Program-made: the position numbers and the translations under genes
The notes under the pieces: generated by a model
The model's database searches: none
The model's input: only the letters and a program-made list of their open reading frames with translations
What the model was told of the DNA's origin: nothing
Shown: in pieces, positions 27,155 through 41,009 of the stretch
How the letters are laid out: every line of letters starts with the position of its first letter
Numbering within the stretch: the first letter of the stretch is position 1
Assembly: GCA_000165425.1 (NCBI GenBank)
Contig: CT867990.1
Location: 1-64,000, forward strand
Direction: 5' to 3'
Length of the DNA stretch: 64,000 nucleotides
From: Paramecium tetraurelia
Lineage: Eukaryota

Positions 27155-27797
27155 TAATTATATTAAATGTTAAAATAATTAGCTACATAATTCAACAAAA
27201 TACATTTAATCATTATTCAATTAATCAACTCTCAAAAATACTATATGAATGTTAAATTACATGTATTAAATGTGTAATTTAATCTATTGCATCAACGAGA
27301 TGAATCATCATTTTTATTGCATATGTCTTTATTAGTTTTCTCATATTTATCATTAGCATTTTTATTTTCCATATTTTAATAGTATACTCTCCATAATTTG
27401 AACTTCATCAGATAGCTGTCATTGATTAAGAATCTTACAGTTCTTAACATTAAACCTATATTTTGTGAGTAAAATAGAATTCATTCCACAAAGATAAGTA
27501 TGACATAATCAATTACAGGTTTTATCACATTATTTATAATGAATGTAAATGAACTGCTTTATGTTCATAAATGAAATTAATATGATAGGTGATTGAATTA
27601 TAAATAAAATGACAATAATATAAATAGTATTAAATATCAATCAGAATAATATATAATTGTTTGCATTAAAATAATTGTCAATATATTAGTTTAAAAAATA
27701 CACGTCAGATTTAAATCATCTACGTACGAATATTACAACAATATTGTGCCTTTGTATATCTGAGATATTGTATTTAAAAATCCATATATAATAAATA

Positions 27798-29056
27798 ATG
27801 AACTCAAGAAGCACACATCTTACAGAATATGCAATCAAAGAAATCATCTCCGAGAAATTCACTTCATGGAAATCAGTCTCTCCTTCAAACATCTGTATTT
27901 CTAGATTGACAGGGTTGACTAACATAACCTACAAAGCTCAGGCCATGATTGACACTACACCTTAAACAATCTTGTTCAGAGAGTAATGAATTTTATCATT
28001 TAAAACTAGATTTGGGAATGCTGAAGGATTCGTGGATTCATAACAAGAGAGGATCATCTTTAAAACAATTTCTGACATGGACCTTGGACCTTAGTAATTG
28101 GAATGTGGTAACAGTTGGAGGATGGAAGAATTTGTAAAAGATGGAGTACATCCTAACAATTAAAAAATGGCTGAAGCTGATTTCTAATTTAAGTCTATGG
28201 GAGTGTTGTAGAAATTCCATTAGATGGAGATCCCTATACCCAATAATGGCTAATCTTCCATTATTAACAAGACTCTCTCGGGAGAAATGAAGGCAAATGT
28301 AATCAAGAAGATCGAAAAACGAGGATTGTACACAGACGTAGAACTTGAATAGTTGGAATGTATTGAAAACTTCATTAATAACGAAGAAGAATTCAATTAT
28401 TTGAATGAAATGACTCAAAAGGAGAATAATGAAGAGGTATTGTTATTAACAATAATTTTTAGTTAAAATTCTGCCATAATGATTTGAATTAATTAAATAT
28501 ATTTAACACTTCTAAGAAGGACAAGGAAATCATCTTCATAGATTATGAATATTGTTCATATAATTATCCCTCTTATGACATTGCTAATTTCTTAAATGAA
28601 TCTGCAATCAACTATCAACACGAAGAAGAACCTTATTATGTTCTAGTAGATGACAATTTCAATACTGCTCCCATTTAAGCACATTTCCTTGCACTCAGTT
28701 ACATAATCAACAAGGAGTGCACCTAATTAGAAATAGATCAGATCTAAAGATTGATCAATGAAAAAACCAATAAAAACAAAGATGAATTGAAGACTTTCAT
28801 CTAATTAGTTAAACAGATTCTTGAATAGAGATTAAGCGAATAAGAGATTGTGGAGTTGTTCAAGGCGATTTCTTATTTAAAGAGAAGAATCAGAAGATTG
28901 TAAATCTTATCCAATTTGAATTGGGTATGGTGGAGTATTCTTTTGGCTCATGATAAGAATTCTCTCAACTTTGAATATATAGATTATGGTTTTTTGAGAT
29001 TCAAAATGCTAGAAAAGCTTTTGGAATTGGAAAAAGCAAGAAAAAATACTTAATGA
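27798..29056 (+). CDS. choline/ethanolamine kinase
   Basis: LTGLTNITY, GPQQL…RMEEF, Brenner motif FCHNDLNQLNI, IDYEYCSYNYPSYDIAN. Confidence 0.92.
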
Positions 29057-29121
29057 TTTTCACTATTGTAAATATTTGTTTTATAGAGTCTTAATTATAA
29101 TTTTTATTTATCTCATTATTT

Positions 29122-30547
29122 ATGTAATCAATAGAGAAGGAAGAAGTAAAATTATAAATTTCTAAATGAGATTCCATACTTCAAATTTTGTTAGAAATTG
29201 GGTGGAGTGAAAATGAAAGACATCTACATATCACCTACCAAGGCAGCAACATTTCTTCATCTAATCAATAATGTAAGTCTCTTATTTATGTACAATAGAA
29301 ATGCCCAAAATAAACTGCTCTTCAATTTGCCCAGAGAAGGATTTGCAAATGGGACACTACTATTAAAATGGATGGACCTAGCACATGTCGTATTTTGAAA
29401 CCTAAAGATAATAGAGATGTAATATATGTGTATCCAATTGCTTTAGAAAAGAATAAATGGATGGTAAAATATTGGCATGGAGATGTATTATGATAATAAG
29501 GCAACTGTAGCTGACAAAAATTAATTAGAGTTAGATTTTGATAATGATGCCATTTAGAAATAAATAGAAAAGAATGAAATGAAACTGAAGAATGATTTCA
29601 AAAACAAAATAGTCCATCTATAATAATTCTATAGAGATCTTAATCAGAAATACTCTTTTAATTCAAATGATCCCGATTTTAAAAGCAAAATTAAGAAGGC
29701 CAAATTTGATTTACTAAATAGCAGGAATTTGCCTGTCAAATATTTCAAAGCCAAAGGAATGAAATACATTGAAATCTATAATGAATTAAATAAAAAGATG
29801 GCAAATGACTCAAAGGATGGTCTTCTAAAGCGTTTGCGAGTCTTCAATTAACTAAGAACTGATTAGTATCAAGTCAAGGAAAAATCTATGGCTGATCTCT
29901 ATAAGAAGAAAGAAAACTACAGTCCAACTCATAAAGAACTTCAGCATGATGTCAAGATCTATGATAATATGGAGGAATAGAGTGAGTAAATGTTGAAGAT
30001 CATTGATTAAAGCAATGAATTTTCCATGAAACTCAAATAAAAAGATTAGAAGATTGGCGTGTCTTAAAAGGCTATAGTGTTTGCTGAAGATTTTAATCGA
30101 ACAAAATACATTTTCAATTTGACTAAATAGAATCAAATGCAAAAAATGTTTGAAATACCTGAAATGCCACAATTGTTGATACCTCAAAGTAGTTCAAGTA
30201 TCAGACTGAAAAAGAACTTATCATCTCCTATGAGTATGGATGAGCAATTTGATAGTTGTCTCAATTAGTATGCTCATGAAGTGTTAGAATATCAATAGGA
30301 AATGCTGGACAAAGAGATTTCCACTGACAATATTGAAAAACTATTGTAAGAGAAGGAGAGTCTGAGATGTAGTTAGATGAGGAAAGTGTCCAAAACATAT
30401 CATTCTCCTCAACCGAGTTCTCGTTTAGATTCAAGTAAGCAGATGAGAAATTAACAGTTGTCATCAAGAGATAGGGAATCTACGAAGGCTGGGAACTCAT
30501 TTCATTTAAAATCAAGGACCTATGCTGTAAGTCCTTTTAGTAAATGA
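29122..30547 (+). CDS. hypothetical protein
   Basis: Frame continuous with three 25-28-nt introns (MQSIEKEE|IPYFKFCQKLGG…); TGA 30545-30547. Confidence 0.65.
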
Positions 30548-30656
30548 TGAATTTATTTTGATTATTTCTATATATCTACTATAAAGTGAAACAAATTATT
30601 TTAATGATAATTTAGCAATATCTACTTTTGCATATCAGTACTAATGAAATAATATA

Positions 30657-33234
30657 ATGTAATAAAGGGCTCGCTCGCTAATTGCTAGGCAATATTACAA
30701 AAATAAATACGGTCCATAATTGATTGAGGATGACAATGTGTTGGATGTATAAATAGGAGATGATAATACGTATAATGCCATTTTATTATTCATTTAGATT
30801 ACAAGCAAGACAAGGTTTGGTAATCACAATAAACTCAGATGATGAAGGGCCAAAACAGAAACCCTCATTGCCTAACTTTTCAGAGACAGTTGTCAAAAAA
30901 TAAGAATGTACATTGCAAAAATTTGAAGACAGAAACAGTACATCACAATTACAACTCACTTTGCAATAACAACTACAAACACAAACTGATGTCTACAAAC
31001 AATAGCAAAATTAAGTTAGCAATACACTTGATAGTATGTCATAATTGTAAAAGTCACTTTCACAAATTAAAATCTAATAGCCTTAACCAAGTTAGACTGT
31101 GAGCAATCATTAATAATAACCATAACATTAAAAATAGCAATAAGTTAGGTAACCTATTACTAAAGGATTTGGAGAACAGAATCAAAAAAATAATGAGAAG
31201 CCAAAGTAAAAAGTCATCTCAATTCCTGATCAAATTCAAACAAAAATGAATATAGAATCTGATGAAGAGGAAGTACAGATGAATAAAGTACCTAGAAAAC
31301 AGGTAAGACCTAATGAAGATGAAACTCTGCCCTAAATTCATTTCAAAAAGAAAACAGATGTTTTTTCTCAATTGAAACAGAAGGTATTTGTTATTCTCTA
31401 TTAATTGATAGATTACACAACCATTAAATGAAAATACAGCTTTACAAATCTAATATAAATATAAGTAAAGAGATGAACAATCTCCAGATGTGGAACCACC
31501 TCAAAATGTTGCACCTGTCTCTTATTAAGATTTTATTGCCATGAAGAATAGAGAGATCAATGCTGCTAAATAGAGAAAGCAAGATGAGGAATATAGAAAG
31601 TAATTGTTACAATAAAAGAAATAAGAAAAAGTGGGCTTCCGGAGAAAATAAGAGAAGGGGAGACTTTGCACTAATATCAATAGAGAATGATAGATTATTT
31701 GCACAGATAAAATAAATATAAGAACAAGCAGAAGTACAAGAGGGGCACTGATTTGGACAACAAAAAAACAGCTGAAGAAAAACAAAAGATCAGCGAATTA
31801 ATGAAAATGATTGATCCTAATTTCTAATAAGATGATATAGATGACAAACCAATCAAACCAGATCTCTTAAATTATGATGTCTTACTTAAAAATGGTTTAA
31901 TCTTGAAATAAGCCTTTGTTAAACCACCTGAACCTGATATCAATCCCATGCTTAATGTTTACAAAAGAGGCAGATATGCAACTGAATTCATCTTCAGTGG
32001 TGGCATCGATATGGATGATGGACCATATGGATAATAAACAAAAAAGAAACCTAAGAAATTGCCATTCCCTAAACATCGATTAAGTTTATCACCTTGGGAA
32101 TACTATGGAGTAGGGCCAGAGGAATATTTTGCTACCAGAAATCCTAATTTTGAATTCAAATAGAAATATGTCCCTGTTAAGGATTATTATAATGAAATGC
32201 CAAGGCCTAAACAAAATCCAAAATATTTTTGTTATGACGTAGATTAATTGCTGGCTAAACGATACTAATCCATTCATCAAGAGTATCAATACTAAACCTC
32301 ATTTATTGGTTATAAATAAAAACATTGGACTCCTGCATCTCATTTGAAAGCTGTTTGTCCAAGTTTAGTATTAGAATATGAGAAGTATGAAAGGGACAGA
32401 CTGTTTTGTTATGTTGTTTGTGCAAAAGTATCAAAATATTAACTCATTGAAACAGTTGGAATCTTAACTTCGAAATACACCAAAAATAAAATAGAAAATT
32501 TGGTGATGACCTATTGGAAGGGTGATTCAAAAGGAGAAAAAAAGACAATATCAAATTTAGAGAAACAAGTTCCTCAAGAGCAAATGAAATAAACTGATGA
32601 GATGGAGTTGTTTAGAGATGATGAGGAAGAAGAGAATGAAAAGAAGAAAAAGATAAGTAAAGAGCAAAGACATCTAGAAGATGAATGGGATCCTACTAAA
32701 GATGAAGCTACAGAAAGAGGCAGGAGGAATAAGTTGAGAAAAGAGAAGTTTTAAAGAATTGCAGAAGAATTAAAATTAAAGTAATAAATTTAACCTGACA
32801 AAAACAAAAAGAAATCTAAAAAGGAAGGTGAAGGGGAGAATAATAATAATATGGAAGAGGAAAATTAAGCTAAGGATGATAATTAACCAGTTTAATCAAA
32901 GAAGGAATAAAAAAAATAAAAGAGAAACAGAAAAAAGAAATAAGAATAATCTAAATAAGTTGTTGAATAGGAAGCCAATCAATTTGAATAGTACTTCTAA
33001 TAAGAACAACAAAATGACAATGAAGAAGTACAATCGAAGTAAGATAGTGAGGAATAAGTATTTTATGACAATGAAGATCTAGTTTTCAAAGCCAAAATGG
33101 TTGAATTCAATTAAAAGAGATTCAATTTCACAGGCACGGATGTCGATCTGTAAGAAAGCATGAAATTAGTTTTTCCAAACAATCAACAATCAAAATTGGA
33201 TTCAGAGAGATATAAATAATTTATGCAGAAATGA
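30657..33234 (+). CDS. hypothetical Gln/Glu/Lys-rich protein
   Basis: Long ciliate-code frame from MQQRARSLIARQYY…; few tiny introns; TGA 33232-33234. Confidence 0.7.
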
Positions 33235-33263
33235 ATTATATAATTATCAAATTCAATTTAAAA

Positions 33264-34860
33264 TCATATATGAATCAATTTCCTTGTCCTGTCTATTGGT
33301 TATAATGTCAATTTATTCCAAACATCACTTTGATCTGCATTCTCATCTATCAAATTTAGTAACTCCTCCCTTTTTAATAATTTACTCTTAAATCATATTT
33401 CCAATCATATACATCTAAATTAACTATGCAATGCCACATCAACTTAGCATACTTATTTCTCATTAATGGGTCCGCTTCCCTCCCTAAACTCTCAATTTTT
33501 ATTGTAATTTTCTTTGCTTCTTCCTCTTCCATTCCCAACAATTGAACCAATTCTAACATATTCAGACAAACCTTTCTCCTTAAGGCTTAATCAGGGATTT
33601 CATTCTTCTTTTAGACTTTTTTTTAACCTCCAACATCCTATTTACTTATTTTAGTTTATTCAATATTATTCTTCTTCTCCTCAATTTTCTACTCCTCATT
33701 TGATACTTATTCCTTCTTTTATTAATTAGTATTATTGCTATTGTTATTATTGTTATTTTAGACAGTGATGTTATCAGTAATTTAAGCATTACCCTCATTG
33801 ATTTGAATTTTATTTTCAGTTTTGTCTTTCTTTTTTTATTTTTTTGTTTTCTCTCCTGTTTGTTTTTGAGACACTTGAGATGTTTTCTTCTCGATAATTT
33901 TGTCTTAATTCACTATGTTTGTGAAGACTTAACCTATAAAATGGATAAAATTTAGTCAATACTTCTATTTGAATTAATGCATACTTCAGATAAATTCTAA
34001 ATGATGTTAGAGGCATTGAAGAATTAATTTAATAATGAGTTTTTTAATTTGCTAATTAACTCATGTAATCTTGTTATTTATTAATGAATATCCCTTTAAA
34101 AAAAGTGATCTGGATTTTATTCACTTTGGTGTTTCAATATTAAATAGACGGCATTCAGGATGGATCCCTTTCTCTCAGATAAGACTTCTGTGATAGTATT
34201 ATTTTGAGCCACCTAAGCTTCAATGGTATCAAGGATTGGTGTCAATTTCTATTTAATCTAATCATAATTCAATTGGGCAGCTATCAATAATAACAATAAA
34301 TCTTAAAATTCTCTGTCTAGATGTTGTTTCTTCTATTGCATTTGAGGAGTTTCCTACAATGGGGATTTTTATACATTCTTTTTAATAAAATTTTAATACA
34401 TCTTTATTTGGAGTCTCAGGCTTTTTGAATGGTTTTCGCAGATTTCGTTTAATTATGATACCTTTCTTTTTCTCCTCTTATTCACTATCACTGTGCTTTT
34501 TTTTTTGTTTTTCTAATTATGAAAATGGCGGTCTTTAGAGTTTTTGCGCAGTTTGAATTGCTTCTTTCAATTTTTTGTTCTTCTTGACTTTATCATTGAA
34601 TTCCTCGAATTTCTCTTGAAAATCAAAAAGATTATCACTCATCAATATGGAGCTATATATATTGTGAATGTACCCTTACTGTGAATCATCACCAATGAAA
34701 TTAATGGCATACTAATTTCCATCGATTACTTTGGTAATCTAATAAGATAAATAAATAAAATACGATTCCTGGCCACCAGGGATCTAATTAAATTAAATAA
34801 ATATTTACGTCCTTTTGTTCTAGCCCAGACAATTTGTTGCTTCTTGAGACTTGACTTCAT
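33264..34860 (-). CDS. PWWP-domain chromatin protein with C-terminal TFIIS central-domain-like region
   Basis: IVWARTKGHPWWPGI…YAINFIGDDSHS (split by 3 tiny introns); C-terminal RRKVCLNM…AKKITIKIES…KYAKLMWHCIVNL. Confidence 0.75.
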
Positions 34861-34904
34861 ATTATTTATAAAATATAAATATATATATTTATTGCTATAA
34901 TCAA

Positions 34905-35887
34905 TCAATGCAATAATCCATGTTTCAATTCCTTTTGGTTCATTCTAAACTACATGCTCCCCACATTCAAGTTGATTTTGCAAGGTCCATTGACACTAAT
35001 AGCCGGATACAATTCCTGATTCTCCCCCATGCTCAAAATCAAGGCTTTCCTCTTCTCTTCAATCTCCTTGTTCCTATTATTCAAATCTATAAAATCTTAA
35101 TTCTATATATTCACCAATATCGATTTCACTCTCTCCCTCCTCCTTCTTCTTCTCCAATTCCAACTCCTCTTGGTTCTTTCCCTCACTTGCTGGAGGTGGA
35201 TTCAAAAACTTCCCATTGTAACTTAGCCACACTCTCCCATCACTCTATCTTATGCCAATACCAATGGTCTCGCCATAAACAGCTTAAAACTTATGATCTT
35301 GATGTAAAGCATTCCTCCAATACACTTAACCCGTATTCGAATGGAATCCTACACTCGTCTGAGATCGACCCAAAGATAACTCTTTCTGAAATTCTTTTGC
35401 TGAACAAAATCCTAATATAACGTCAGATTTCCTTGGATTATCTTCTATCTCAATCTCAAAATAGGATGTGGAATCTCTTGCTACAGGTTTCTCTGCTCGA
35501 ATAGTGCATTAGTCACCAGGCTTACACAGGAACCTCAACTCAATGTACTAGCCATAATAATCTGAAGTTCGCTGCTTCTTAAATACTTTCTTTCAGCTGT
35601 TACTTCACTTGATCATTTGGTTCTTCCTTATTCTCATACAATTTCCAGAATCGGAATTTGTTTCTTTGAGCAAATCCAATTTTCTCTTTTGGAATTCCAT
35701 CTTCAGGCCTTTACGAATATTCCTAATAAACCTTGTATTATCTATATTTTAAATAACCATAAACTAATCCAATTATCCCTACCAAACTACCCACTATTAT
35801 TCCTGTAATCAATAACCAATGAGATTCTGATGGTTTCGAATTTTCAGCCTATAAGTGTGTTATGTGATGTAAAAACTTATTTTACAT
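34905..35887 (-). CDS. single-TM SPRY-domain protein (Ssh4-like architecture)
   Basis: N-terminal TM LLITGIIVGSLVGIIGLVYGYL; SPRY motifs SYFEIEI, VILGF, SVGFHSNTG, GETIGIG, LYPAISV..CKINLNVG. Confidence 0.75.
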
Positions 35888-37362
35888 GTATTATATATAA
35901 TTTTGTAATTATTAATAATTAAAAGATAATATTTTGATCCTTGTTACCATTTAATTAGTCTGATTATCTGACACTCTAACAAGCAGAGTCAGAAAATGAT
36001 CAAAAAAACTCAACTTTCCCATATAAAATTGAAGATGACATAATTTCCAGTAAATAACAAATCCATTACATGTTCATCTATCTAGAGGTATACTCTCTAT
36101 AAGGATTTAATGAGATTCTTTGTACTAACTTTAGATTAGTCCTCTCAAATTTCTAAAAATAGAAGGATTCCAATCAGGATTTGATGTAAAGGCTAAGGCA
36201 GTCAACTTTGTATACTTAATAATGACTTCTAGAATTAAAAAAACAGCACTTTTATCAAGGAAAGAAAGTTATTTTTATGGTCACAAAGTGATCATTATAA
36301 AATATTAAATCCAGTTTAATTTATGACTATTGAAATATCATGATTCTTAATTAATAAACAATAAATAATTAATATAAAGACATCCATTTTATGCAGCTCA
36401 AATAAGAATCTTTTGACAGTGATTTAACTGAGTATCTTTAAATAGAGCAAGAGTTTGAAATTAAATCCTTGTTCAAACAACTCAAAATCTAAAATTAGTA
36501 ATTGTCAGATAGAAAGTCCAAAAAAATCAAGAAATTGAAACTAAGCATTCAGACCAATTCAATTATACAAAGAAGAACCCTAAATCTTAACTAAATTTGA
36601 TATTTTTGTATAAATAACTTCTCTATCGTTTTATATAAGTTAAATCAGTATAATTGATTTCCCTCCACCTAATTTTTAGTTTTACTCAGATTCACTTACA
36701 ATCTCACTAAATTACTATAATACTCTTGGTATTACACCTAAGGTTTACAATAATTAGTAAAAGACTCATTAAAAATTAAGGTAACTAAATAGTGTGTTTC
36801 ATTTAGACATAAATAAATATTTTACATATATAAATTAGAGATGCACTTATTTTATTATACATCTTTTCTTAAACGTTACATTTTCATTAATAAAAGAATA
36901 AAATTACAGTTTGCCAGGATTACTTAAAATACCAAGAACTCCAATAGGAATATAATAAAATTTTTGAAAGGATTTCTAATATATAAAAAGTATTCCCTTT
37001 GTTCGACAATTGTTAAGTTGTCTTCCCATTTTTTATATATAGTTGTAGGTATAGGGATATAAAGCCTTTCAAACTTGTGTTAATAAATAATAAAGGATCT
37101 TAAAGTCTCTCTGATTTTAAATTTGAAGCATGAACAAAGTTTCAACAAGAATTATCAATTTACTGGACTAGTTATTGTGATATAATTTATTGTTCTCTAA
37201 AGTTGTTTAAGTTAATTTAAATAGGGAATCTAGAGTAAGGCTAGTGATATTTGTATGATGTATTCATGATTACTATTAGTAGTAAGTGTTTAAGGTGTTA
37301 TTTATTATTATTTATAAATCAATTAATTTTTAATTAACAGTTTTCAAGTTGGCTCTAGAATA

Positions 37363-38672
37363 ATGAAATAAGAAGAGGACAAAGATTTTGATACTTTAGC
37401 AAGCATTTGGATGCACATGAAATAAGTAAGAGATTTTGGGATAATAGTAAATTAATAATGGAAATTAGAGAGCAGAGGGAGACCAAAAATTACTTAATAG
37501 TTAGTTAGGATAGCAATAAGTGAAATACAATCCGAAAAGTGTTTCAATTTAAATTTAGAAGCAGCAAGAAGAATTGTTTTAAAAAAACACTAAACTAATT
37601 GATGCATAACAAAAGATAAATGAACTCGAGGAGATTAACTATAAGCAGCAAAAAGAGATTGAGATCTTGAAATAGGAGAAAGAATTGATACTGCAGAAAT
37701 TCGAGATGATAGAAGATGTTATTGATAGTTTATAGATGGATAAATCAAGTAATAGATTGATCAGGCTTGAAAATGATCAATTAAAATAGGACATTACTAG
37801 ATTGCTAGGACTGTTGAAGTAAACTAAAGAGTTTAATGATATATAAATAGAAAACAATTAGCATTACATTTAAGCTGAATTTCAATAGCAGAAATCTAAA
37901 GTACTTGAAAATGGAAATAAGAAACTTGAAGTATAAGTTTAAGTAAAAGAAGAGATGTAAATGAATATTTCTATTAAGATTTTGGATCCCATAAAAAGTA
38001 ATAGACATTATCAATAATATCGATATGAGTTGCTCTTAAAAGAATGAATTGCTGATATGTCTTAATTCTACTTTTTATGAGCATTATACTGCAAAAGTGA
38101 ACAAATTAAAGCAATTGACTGATAGCGAGATTAACAATCTGAAACGATAATTAAATTCAAGAATACCTTATGAAGGAATTATGACACAAAAGAAAACCGA
38201 GAGAAATTTAAAGGTATAGTTCTCTGATCAAAAGTCGGAATCCAAAAAATCTAAGGAAACAATCAATAGAAATCTATTTTAAAAGGTAGATGAGCAATTG
38301 AAAGTTAGTAAAGTTATTGATAAGTCTTAAATCTTCATGGAAGGGGCAACTTGGATAAGTAATATGCCATTTTTATCATAGTGGAAAAGATTAACAATGA
38401 AATCGGATCATACGAAATGGGTGTTTAAGCTCTGAATTAAGAATTGAGTCTAAAGATTGACACTCTTATAGATTAAGAAGATTTAGCTTACAAAGCAATT
38501 ATTAATAAGGTGAACATCACTTTTACATTATTAGATATTCAAATGGATCACAGATGCCTCTGAAGAATAGATATACTCTTTAAAGGAAAAGTTAAACTGC
38601 ATAATGGAATCCACTTAGAGCAGAGCAACCACAAGAAGAACATTTTAAATGACTGAAAATGCGTTCAATTGA
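37363..38672 (+). CDS. hypothetical coiled-coil protein (start approximate)
   Basis: Long heptad-rich frame (…LKQDITRLLGLLKQTKEF…FWIP…LKRQLNSRIPY) with tiny introns; TGA 38670-38672. Confidence 0.65.
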
Positions 38673-38741
38673 TTTAAATTAAGTTCATTATTTTTACTTT
38701 ATGTTACAAACTATCATAAAATTAATATGATTGAGTAATAC

Positions 38742-39535
38742 TCATTTATTATTATAATTTTCCTTTAGAAACAATAATTCTTATAGCATAGAGATATAAA
38801 ATGGTATTGGAGTTCCAAATAAGCTTGCTGTCGGAGTAACAAAAGTTGATGTAAAGAAATCTGGAAAGGCTATTTTAGCAGCTCCAAGTTAGTGCTAGTT
38901 TGAGAATGGTAATTAATTGTACTTATAATAGATCTCCTGATACATTGGGAATGGCTTTACTTAGATTGGATAGCAGCATTGTTGAGAAAGCTTTTGAATA
39001 ATCAATAGTGGATGCAGTAACCTAGTTTGTATGAGATTTTTATACATTAATAAATCGAGTCATACTCTTAAATAAATAACTCATCAATTTTTTGGAGATT
39101 TCCATTTATTATTTCAGGATTGTCTATTGCTTTTGCAACTTAATTAATTCTTATCTCATGTCTACAATTTCGTCTCTGAGGTTCAGAGTGTTTTCTTGTT
39201 TTTTTATCAATTACTATTTCTTTAGTTCTCGTTTGTCTTAATTAATAATGTCATGAATGAACTTGACAGTGTCTTTTTATTTTTCCTTTATTTAAAAGCC
39301 ATATTTATTTAATTGCCTTAAGAAACTTGAGTATTTATTGTGTTTAAAATATTGAGGCAACAAATTAGTTTTAAATGTTTAAACACTGGAAATAAAAAAG
39401 CCTTAATTAGACCATTAAACGATATTCTAGTTTGAATTCTACAATTATCAATATTGGATTTACATCCAAAATTTCATATAACACTTAAAGGAATTTGGAC
39501 TCTCTCTAATTCTTGTCTCTTGTATCTATTTACAT
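38742..39535 (-). CDS. HSF-type DNA-binding protein (copy 1)
   Basis: SKFLQVLYEILD|NSNQNIVQWSNQGFFI…LLPQYFKHNKYSSFLRQLNKYGF, then coiled coil; C-terminal GTPIPFY. Confidence 0.88.
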
Positions 39536-39593
39536 TTATAAGGAAAAAGAAAAATTAAAATTATTGTTATATCTAATATTTTATATATACATT

Positions 39594-40390
39594 TCACTAA
39601 AGAAGTAAGTTTGTGAATTCCTTCATCTAGCCAAAAAATTGATAAAAAGGCAATGGAGTTCCTAAGTTGCTCATTATGGGAGTTTGTAACTTTGTATCCA
39701 GAAGTTCAGGGAACCCTTGGACTATTGAATTTAGTTAGAACTTAAGTTAGATGACAATTCAGTACCTGGAAAAGGTCTCCTCCTATATTTCCCCATATTT
39801 TCTTATGATTTGTGTACATGAGATTCCCAAAAATGTTTGCAAACCCAACTGTATGCAAAGTCATCTAGAGTCAACTATAACAATACCATATTCAATCGAG
39901 CATAATGGGATTGTAATTTCATCATGATTTTAATCGAAAGTTAAAACTACTTATTTAAGATCCTTTGTCCTTCTTTGAGATCGTCTAATTGTGCCTTTAA
40001 AATTTTTAATTCATTTTTGTAATCCAATTTCTAAGAATTCTTCTTGATGGTCAAAACTCTCTTTGTTTCCCTCTTTTACTCCCTAATTGTAGGATGAGTG
40101 AAATAAGCTTTTTAATTTTCTTTAGATTTTATTTTGAATCCATATTTATTGAGTTATCTCATGAAACTCTAGTAATTATTGTGTTTGAAATTGGTAGGGA
40201 GCAATTAGGTTTTAAATTCATCGACATTCTATATTACAAACCCATGTTCACACCATGTTATGATCTATTCATTTTTGGGATTCTATCTAATATTAGATAT
40301 CAGTACATCAAGCATCCCATATAAATGTCTCAAAAATTTTTATCTCTGCTTCTCTCCACGATTTTCAAATTCCTTTTAAAGTTCCTTCAT
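39594..40390 (-). CDS. HSF-type DNA-binding protein (copy 2)
   Basis: KFLRHLYGMLD|NPKNEQIITWCEHGFVI…LLPTNFKHNNYQSFMRQLNKYGF; C-terminal GTPLPFY. Confidence 0.88.
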
Positions 40391-40463
40391 TAGTAAGTAA
40401 TTATATTTAAGAATATTATGATTTTTATATTACTATCATTGGATAAATATATATATTTACAAA

Positions 40464-41009
40464 TCACAATTAAAGTTCCAGCAATTATTGGAATAATTCT
40501 AAGTATTTTTATGATTTCAAGTGCAATTCATAAATAATTTAACTTAGAATTCTTTACTTATAATCAATATGTTGCAGATTCTCCATTAATTAATTTTAAC
40601 TAGATTGCAAAATCTTTAATTGCGAGAGAAAAGAGGAATCTGTATCTAAAACAAATTCAGTTTTTCTCCTCTTGATTTTATCTATTTATTGGTAGTCACT
40701 TGTCCAATTCTCATTGTAAAATTCTGTAGATTTGGCTGATATTCTGAAATTCTTAAATCCATAATTATTCATTTACCTTAAATATATAACTTCAGATTTA
40801 CTTTTAGAAACTTGAATAATTAGGTTACTTGAAATATTAGGGTAATACTATTTCCTTGAATAATTTGATTTGATGAATGATTAGTTTACTTCCTTTTTCA
40901 TCCCAACTAATTATATGACCATTCGCTTCATCCTATAATAATTGAACTAAACTACATTCAGCATTGATTTCAATTTCATCAAGAAGGTGGGCACTTTTGT
41001 TTCAGACAT
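40464..41009 (-). CDS. HSF-type DNA-binding protein (copy 3, short)
   Basis: MSETKVPTFLMKLKSMLN|DEANGHIISWDEKG…VLPQYFKQPNYSSFQKQMNNYGF. Confidence 0.85.

Noticed and set aside
34920..35420. Longest ORF in the supplied track (166 aa, +)
   Set aside because: Antisense shadow of the minus-strand SPRY gene
35900..37300. Possible plus-strand gene between the SPRY and coiled-coil genes
   Set aside because: Frame breaks at TGA with no convincing start or motif; probably an eroded pseudogene or intergenic DNA, as for 41100-42200 and 43900-45000
38727..39033. Plus-strand ORF-like stretch (…PDTLGMALLRLD…)
   Set aside because: It is the antisense shadow of the HSF copy 1 C-terminus; no consistent splice model on the plus strand
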